Positions 57,959 through 64,000 of a stretch of DNA of 64,000 nucleotides are shown here, piece by piece. The notes beneath the pieces were generated by a model, which was not told the DNA's origin, searched no databases, and worked only from the letters and a program-made list of their open reading frames with translations. Position 1 is the first letter of the stretch; the number at the start of each line of letters is the position of its first letter. The position numbers and the translations under genes are program-made. Origin of the DNA: Candidatus Hodarchaeota archaeon (GTDB lineage: Archaea > Asgardarchaeota > Lokiarchaeia > Sigyniarchaeales > SOKP01); contig JBHLKM010000011.1 of NCBI GenBank assembly GCA_048886685.1, forward strand, positions 47,115 through 111,114, read 5' to 3'.

Positions 57959-58792
57959 TCAGCTCATTTTTATAGAATTAAATACAAACATGGCTTCACA
58001 ATTATAATTTATTATCAATTTGAAATATTGGTTGATTTTCTGAATTGTTTCTTCCATTGTATAGTAAGGTGGTTTGAACCATCCTCTTCTTGAATAATAA
58101 TTTTTAACAACCAAATCAGTTCTTTTTCTTATCCCTTTAATATAGAAACATCCGAAGAACTGCCCCTCAATTTTTAAAACTCTTGCTATTTCTTTTAAAG
58201 CTTTACTTTTATTGGGGAAGGCGTGAAATCCATTCATTGAAATTAACATCTCTATTGATTGATTTAAAAAAGGTAAATATCCAACATCCGCATGAAGATA
58301 TATTATATTTGTTATGTTATTTGCTGTATACTTTTGTTTAGCAAATTTTAACATGTTAATTGAATAATCTGCAACGATTATTGTTGCATTCGATAAATTT
58401 TTATACTTTTCACATGTAAATATGCCTGTACCTACAGGAATATCAAGCAATATTCCATTGAAATTTTCAGGTATAAAACCAACTACTTGAGGAGCATAAT
58501 CATCATGCTTAATACCCCATACAAACTTATCAAAAAGCCTTATTAATAAACCAGGTTTTTCAAAGATCTTCTCATATCTCTTGGCTCTCTTGGCATAAGC
58601 GTCAATGTTTTTTCTACTCTCTTCGGGAACAAAATCAATAATGTCATCAATAATAGAATATTCTACCGTGTTATCATCAGTTATTAATTTTTGCTTATTA
58701 ACATCTAAATTTAAAGTTCTTCCAGATATTGGACACTGAATAATTTTCTTAATTTTTTTAAATGTAAACTCATCCATTTTTAGTATCAGCAC
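57959..58792 (-). CDS. SAM methyltransferase with an N-terminal Trm112-like segment
   Basis: IIQCPISGRTL...YSIIDDIIDF, then LLDIPVGTG, ADYS, ADV..LPF, NGFHAFP. Confidence 0.8.
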   Translation of the reverse strand: MLILKMDEFTFKKIKKIIQCPISGRTLNLDVNKQKLITDDNTVEYSIIDDIIDFVPEESRKNIDAYAKRAKRYEKIFEKPGLLIRLFDKFVWGIKHDDYAPQVVGFIPENFNGILLDIPVGTGIFTCEKYKNLSNATIIVADYSINMLKFAKQKYTANNITNIIYLHADVGYLPFLNQSIEMLISMNGFHAFPNKSKALKEIARVLKIEGQFFGCFYIKGIRKRTDLVVKNYYSRRGWFKPPYYTMEETIQKINQYFKLIINYNCEAMFVFNSIKMS

Positions 58793-58950
58793 AAAAAAAT
58801 GAAGGTAAATTTAAATCCGTGATATTTATATTTTTTTCTAGGTTGTTTACAAATTTAAGAGCTTCCTCTTCCTTTCCTTCATCTAGCAATTTCCTTGCTT
58901 TGTTTATTTCCTCTTGCAGTGATTCAGTAATACTCTTCTCGCTCTGTCAT
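58786..58950 (-). pseudogene. Possible remnant of a TPR-type helical protein N-terminus
   Basis: EKSITESLQEEINKARKLLDEGKEEEALKFVNNLEK; the ATG at 58950 is out of frame with it. Confidence 0.35.
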
Positions 58951-58981
58951 TAAAGATCGATTCAATATCAAAACAAAAGAA

Positions 58982-59362
58982 TTATTCTACTCTCTTTACT
59001 GTTCCTTGAAAAGAAGAAAATTGTAAAAATGTTTTTGCATCTCCTTCGATTTTCGCAAAAATGTTTACTGGAGACGCTGCTTTTGGCTTGTCGTCTGTGC
59101 TAGCAGGTGTTGGCCCAAAAAAGATACAAAACCCATTCCCACTCGGCCAAAATCCGATATCTCCTACCTCACAGTCAACTTGAGAATTTTCTTGACCTAA
59201 AGAAACGGGAATTTCACCGTATAATTCTTCTCCCCATCTTGCTAGATTGACTTCAAAAGGCAAGGCGTTCCAAATAGCTTTACATGTCTTTGGATTTTTA
59301 TCAGTGAGCAATTTTGCTTTCATTTGCCCAATTTTTTCATTTTCAATGATAATATACTGCAT
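58982..59362 (-). CDS. Cyclophilin-like fold protein (DUF369/TM1367 type)
   Basis: PKT..AI..ALP, RWGEELY, VGDIGFWPSG.GFCIFFGPTP, ASPVN. Confidence 0.85.
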   Translation of the reverse strand: MQYIIIENEKIGQMKAKLLTDKNPKTCKAIWNALPFEVNLARWGEELYGEIPVSLGQENSQVDCEVGDIGFWPSGNGFCIFFGPTPASTDDKPKAASPVNIFAKIEGDAKTFLQFSSFQGTVKRVE

Positions 59363-59444
59363 ATCAATTTCACAATCAAATTAAATTTTTAATAGAAATT
59401 AAGCAATTTTATTATTTAAACCATCTTGATATTAAATTGAGTAA

Positions 59445-60257
59445 ATGATTTTAGAAAAAACTGTTAGACTTATAAAGCAAATCTATGAAGATCATAATAT
59501 AGTTCCTCCAAAAATTAGTAATGTTGTTATAGGGTTGGGTTATACAGGGGTAGAAGTATCCAATTCTGGGCAAAAATCAGTTTTGGGATTAGCTTCTACA
59601 TTACCAAGTATAATAAATAGTGCTGACTGTAGTAAAATTAACTTTGCTGGAAATCTTACTAACAAGAAACTTTTAGAATTATTAGAGTGGTCTTACTTGG
59701 CGCCAAGTTTGAAAAAAATTATAGGAATTGCTACAATAAATGCCGCCTCTCAGCATATTCTTAGAATATATAATCCTTATTCCAAAATGATTGGAGATCC
59801 CTTAAATTATTTAGAAATTTACCAAGATACGAGTATCACGATTATAGGATTAATGAAACCGCTTATTCGAAAATTAATTAAAAACACAAGCAGCATTACA
59901 TTAGTGGAAGACACTATTTCATTCCCAGAAGAATTCAGTGAATTCAATTTCCGGAGAAATATAGTTGAATTAGAGAATGAGGAGATATCTACCGATATTC
60001 TATTTTGTACCGGTACATCCTTAATAAACAATACTTTAGAGAAAATTTTAAACCTTTTTAGAAATAAAGCGCGAAAAATAATAGTGATGGGGCCGTCTGT
60101 AGGCCTGTTACCTGATGTTTTGTTTGATTGTGGTGTAGATATAGTCGGAGGAATGGAGATTACTGACTCAGAAGCAACCTTGAAGATTTTACAAGAAGGA
60201 GGAGGGACACAATTATTTAAGAAATTTGGTAAAAAGTACAATTTAATAAAGAGATAA
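59445..60257 (+). CDS. DUF364-family Rossmann-like protein
   Basis: IGLGYTGV, IGIATINA, TGTSLINNT, MGPS, PDVLF..GVD.VGG. Confidence 0.8.
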   Translation: MILEKTVRLIKQIYEDHNIVPPKISNVVIGLGYTGVEVSNSGQKSVLGLASTLPSIINSADCSKINFAGNLTNKKLLELLEWSYLAPSLKKIIGIATINAASQHILRIYNPYSKMIGDPLNYLEIYQDTSITIIGLMKPLIRKLIKNTSSITLVEDTISFPEEFSEFNFRRNIVELENEEISTDILFCTGTSLINNTLEKILNLFRNKARKIIVMGPSVGLLPDVLFDCGVDIVGGMEITDSEATLKILQEGGGTQLFKKFGKKYNLIKR

Positions 60258-60309
60258 CCCATTATTGTTTTATAAAATAATTTTTAAAAATAATTCAACT
60301 CAATCGATA

Positions 60310-60837
60310 ATGAGTGCTGATTATACTTTTAAAATAATTATCATAGGACCAGCAGCGGTCGGCAAATCCAGCCTTATACGACGCTTTGTTGAAAATCGTT
60401 TTTCATCTGGATATAAATTCACTATAGGAGTAGATTTTTTAGCAAAAACTGTGGAATATGAAAAAGGAAGGTTAGCAAGACTTTCCATATGGGATGTAGG
60501 GGGCCAAGAACGTTTTAAATTCTTACGTCGTAGTTTTTATGAAGGAACCTACGGAGCAATATTAGTTTTCGACCTCTCGAGAGCAAATACATTTCCTCAG
60601 ATGAAAGATTGGCTTATAGATATGCATAGCATAATTGAGAGAAAGATTCCTATTGTAATTTTAGGAAATAAATCCGATTTATTACCGGAGGTTGGTGAAG
60701 TAATTAATAGAGACGAAGCTAGGCAATTTGCTGAAAATGAAGAAAGTATTTATATTGAAACTTCTGCAAAGACAGGTGATAATGTTGAACATGCTTTTAC
60801 CGAACTAACTCAACGCATGATTAAGTACAATACTTAA
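60310..60837 (+). CDS. Rab-like small GTPase 1
   Basis: GPAAVGKS, TIGVDF, WDVGGQE, GNKSD, ETSAK; start placed at ATG 60310. Confidence 0.92.
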   Translation: MSADYTFKIIIIGPAAVGKSSLIRRFVENRFSSGYKFTIGVDFLAKTVEYEKGRLARLSIWDVGGQERFKFLRRSFYEGTYGAILVFDLSRANTFPQMKDWLIDMHSIIERKIPIVILGNKSDLLPEVGEVINRDEARQFAENEESIYIETSAKTGDNVEHAFTELTQRMIKYNT

Positions 60838-60984
60838 CAAATTTGTGCAAAAAGATAAAATCTGCACTCTACATAGTTTTAAAAATATTATATCGTCTCT
60901 ATTTAAATGAATCGTTTGTGAAAATGTTTAAATATCTAATTAAGATTATTAATTAGAATCGCAAAAATATCTAAAGTTGTATTA

Positions 60985-61521
60985 ATGCCATTATATGTAT
61001 TTAAGATAATTATAGTTGGTAGCGCCGCCGTAGGAAAAACTAGTCTTTTACATAGATTTGTAGAAAATAAGTTTAATTTTAGATATAAGCTTACAATTGG
61101 AGCTGATTTTTTATCTAAAGTAATTGAAGGATACCCAAATCCCGAAACCACCTCTAAATTACAGATATGGGATATTGGGGGTCAGGAAAGATATAAATTT
61201 TTAAGATCGAGCTTTTTTGATGGGGCTAATGGAGCATTAGTAGTTTTTGATATTTCAAGATGGCATACATATGAAGAATTAAATGATTGGATTTCCGATT
61301 TACGAGAATTTGCTGGAGAAAATGTTCCTTTTATATTAATAGGGAACAAGCTTGATCTTATTAAAGAAATCTATGGAGAATACGATAAAGAAAGCGCTGA
61401 AGAGTTTGCGAAAAGTGAAAAATCATATTTTATAGAAACTTCAGCTAAAACAGGCGAAAATGTTGAGGGTGCGTTTCTAAATCTTACTCATAAAATGATA
61501 AAAAATCAAAAAATCGCGTAA
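60985..61521 (+). CDS. Rab-like small GTPase 2
   Basis: GSAAVGKT, TIGADF, KLQIWDIGGQE, GNKLD, ETSAK. Confidence 0.92.
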   Translation: MPLYVFKIIIVGSAAVGKTSLLHRFVENKFNFRYKLTIGADFLSKVIEGYPNPETTSKLQIWDIGGQERYKFLRSSFFDGANGALVVFDISRWHTYEELNDWISDLREFAGENVPFILIGNKLDLIKEIYGEYDKESAEEFAKSEKSYFIETSAKTGENVEGAFLNLTHKMIKNQKIA

Positions 61522-61550
61522 GATATTCTAATTCTCTTAGAACTTATCGA

Positions 61551-64000
61551 CTAATCAATAATTCTAATAATGGCAAGTGATAATAAATTTGTATAAAATT
61601 TAGCTAAATTACGTCTTTTCATTTCATTTAATAAATCTTCACGCTCAAAAGCAATATCATCTAATTTCTTTTCTATAATTTCTATATCTCTTTCAATAAA
61701 CTTGATTTCTTCTTCTAAATTCTGTATATCCTGTAACCTTTTCTGTTTCCTCGTTTCATCCTTCAAATTGTTTATATTTTGTAGTTGCCGTTGTGTTGGT
61801 CTATTTTTCTCATTTCTTTCTAATTTCAATTTCAATGATTCTAATTTTAAGTTTAAAACTCTTTTGTTATGTTCATAAATTTTTTTCTTTTTGTTTCTTT
61901 CTAAATTAAATATTTTATCATTCAGTTTTCTAACTTCTCTTTTCCAAATTGATGTCTTATATTTGATGATCTTTTTTGCCTTATTTTGGAGATTTAGAAT
62001 AAAATTGCTTTCCAGATTAGTTTTTTCTATGTTTTTATTGAATTGAAAGATTTTATCATAATTTTCTATATCTAAAACCACACTTTCAAAGTCCTCTATT
62101 TCTTTCCCATTTTTATCCACAATTATGGGGGAAACCTGACTTTCAATTATATATCCTTGAAATTTAACTATGAATATAAACAGAAATAATTCTTCTTGTA
62201 ATGTAATATCGGAATTGAAATATTTTCGTAAATTTTGTTTTTTTATTTCAAAAATTGTATAAACACCTTTAAACGAATCCTCTCTACAGACATCTAAAAC
62301 AGCATTAATTAATGGATGACCCAAGGCAAAAAAATCAATTTCTTCTTTTTCTCTTGCAAATTCTAAATTAAATGTACCAGTATATTCATTTTGAAGTTTG
62401 TATTTAGGATTTTTTAATAAAATATCATTGATTTTTATCTTTAATATAATATTTTCCGATTCCTTTGTTTGAACTAAATCAATTTTAATATTTTCTATGA
62501 ATCCATATCTGTTATTTTCGAGATTTAAAAACTGGTTCATAAGGAGAAATAATTCATTATGGGTTAACTTCACATCAATACAAGAGGCTAAAGAGCTGAT
62601 AAGACCTTCCATCTGGAATGATTTTTTATCTATCATTAAATCATCTAATTGCATCTCGATTTCTTTTGCTTTTTTAATCTCTTCATCTAATGTTCGATAG
62701 AATTCATTAAGTTTTTTCCTCCTCTTACCATCATCTTCAGCGAAAATAACGTTTTTAAGATCTTTTTCAACTCTACCGATAATTGGTTCGAGAATTCCTA
62801 TTGATTCTTCAAATAAATTAATTCTATTTATTAAAGCATAAACTACGTCTGTTTCAACAGTACCTTCCATATAAAAGTTATATATATAAATTTCTCTTGA
62901 TTCTTGTCCAATTCTATCAACACGCCCAATTCTTTGTTCAAGTTTCATTGGGTTCCATGGTAAATCATAGTTAATGAGTGTTCTACAAAATTGAAAATTT
63001 CGACCTTCACCTCCTATTTCCGTTGAAAGCAGTATTGAAAACCCTCGATAATTTCGGAATCTTTCAACAGCTTCATCTTTTTGTTGTTTATCTAATCCTC
63101 CATAAAAAGCTTCAACAAAATAGCTATTTTCCTGGTTTTCTAATAGCTCCTTTAAATATTTAAGAGTGTCAACAAACTGTGTAAATACTATAACTTTTTC
63201 GTTAGAATTATTAGAATATATCTGATCAATGATTTCCACTAATCTATCAGATTTAGAATCATAAGGAATTTTCTTTAATTTATTATAAAACTCCTTTAAA
63301 ATCTTTTCCTGGTTGAATATACTGAAAGCCTCTTCAGATTGCTTTTCTGTTAATTTTTTTTTATTCTTATCAAATGGTTCAGAATCAAGGAACTCTTCTT
63401 CTAATTCTAGCTGAAAATATTCAGGATCCTCTTCTTTTATAACATCTATGTTAAGAAAAATATTTTTATAACGAGTTATTTGTTCTAATCTACGCTCAAG
63501 GCTCTTGAGAATTGCATATTTAGAGCTTGTTAATAATTTCTGAAGAGTAGTTATCACAAATCCAAAACCAACATTTTCTTTGCTAATAGATGAATTATAG
63601 ATTTGAGCAAGATATAAACGAATTTCGTTATAGACTTCTAATTCTTCCTTGGTTGGATTAATTATTATAGTATTGACATTCCTTTTATTTAGAAATTCTT
63701 CTGAAAAAACATTTTTCTTTCGGTTTCTAATAATTAAATTCGATAAAGTATGATCTGCTTCTATTTTTTTAAATAAATTTTCTTTAAATGAATCGTTGCT
63801 TAGTTCTGATAGAATTTCCTTATCTGTCCAATTTTTATTTACATATCGTAGATTTTTCAACAATTTTAAAGTATTTTTAACTTCAAAGTTGTTTAAATTA
63901 TCAATTTGATTTATATTTGTAATAAGAAGATTGATAAATTGCAAGTTTTTTCTAAAATGTTCAAATTCACTAAATGAATTAAAAATTTCAGGATGTATAA
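61551..64000 (-). CDS. SNF2/RapA-like helicase, C-terminal part; starts beyond the window end
   Basis: Frame open to the window edge (IHPEIFNSF...); EKVIVFTQFVDT, STEIGGEGRNFQ, INYDLPWNPMKLEQRIGRVDRIGQ; C-terminal coiled coil. Confidence 0.88.
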   Translation of the reverse strand, partial: IHPEIFNSFSEFEHFRKNLQFINLLITNINQIDNLNNFEVKNTLKLLKNLRYVNKNWTDKEILSELSNDSFKENLFKKIEADHTLSNLIIRNRKKNVFSEEFLNKRNVNTIIINPTKEELEVYNEIRLYLAQIYNSSISKENVGFGFVITTLQKLLTSSKYAILKSLERRLEQITRYKNIFLNIDVIKEEDPEYFQLELEEEFLDSEPFDKNKKKLTEKQSEEAFSIFNQEKILKEFYNKLKKIPYDSKSDRLVEIIDQIYSNNSNEKVIVFTQFVDTLKYLKELLENQENSYFVEAFYGGLDKQQKDEAVERFRNYRGFSILLSTEIGGEGRNFQFCRTLINYDLPWNPMKLEQRIGRVDRIGQESREIYIYNFYMEGTVETDVVYALINRINLFEESIGILEPIIGRVEKDLKNVIFAEDDGKRRKKLNEFYRTLDEEIKKAKEIEMQLDDLMIDKKSFQMEGLISSLASCIDVKLTHNELFLLMNQFLNLENNRYGFIENIKIDLVQTKESENIILKIKINDILLKNPKYKLQNEYTGTFNLEFAREKEEIDFFALGHPLINAVLDVCREDSFKGVYTIFEIKKQNLRKYFNSDITLQEELFLFIFIVKFQGYIIESQVSPIIVDKNGKEIEDFESVVLDIENYDKIFQFNKNIEKTNLESNFILNLQNKAKKIIKYKTSIWKREVRKLNDKIFNLERNKKKKIYEHNKRVLNLKLESLKLKLERNEKNRPTQRQLQNINNLKDETRKQKRLQDIQNLEEEIKFIERDIEIIEKKLDDIAFEREDLLNEMKRRNLAKFYTNLLSLAIIRIID

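Noticed and set aside
609-63163. Many short ORFs in the track that overlap longer genes (e.g. 609-791, 984-1259, 13963-14373, 29669-30016, 59819-60262, 62497-62700)
   Set aside because: Antisense or alternative-frame shadows of well-supported genes, with no motifs of their own
1-64000. CRISPR array, rRNA/tRNA genes, IS elements or integrases
   Set aside because: No regularly spaced repeats, no long GC-rich structural RNA, and no transposase or recombinase ORF seen by eye

Overview
AT-rich, gene-dense archaeal DNA that looks like an Asgard archaeon (Lokiarchaeia-like). The evidence is an Asgard-type profilin, two tandem Rab-like GTPases, and two membrane proteins with cytoplasmic longin-like domains (a 7-TM protein and a 1931-aa Ig-like surface protein). 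About half the window is an amino-acid fermentation region. It contains (1) ATP-citrate lyase plus isocitrate dehydrogenase, and (2) an apparent arginine-synthetase (ArcE)-type arginine catabolic set: an ArcE-like P-loop protein, a Giardia-type OTC, carbamate kinase and ornithine aminotransferase, next to a tungsten AOR and a fused proline/sarcosine-dehydrogenase-like complex. It also contains (3) a bacterial-type lysine fermentation operon (kat, CoA-transferase III, kce, methyltransferase, kdd, kamA, kamB, kamD, kamE) that uses the rare Kat transaminase rather than Kal. Features missing from the ORF track include a 55-aa tandem desulforedoxin-like protein with 10 Cys, a collapsed tandem duplication with a chimeric argF/oxidoreductase pseudogene, several other gene remnants, and a GC-rich hairpin between argF and arcC. 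I saw no rRNA, tRNA, CRISPR array or transposase. All family assignments rest on motif reading and remembered reference sequences, not on database searches.
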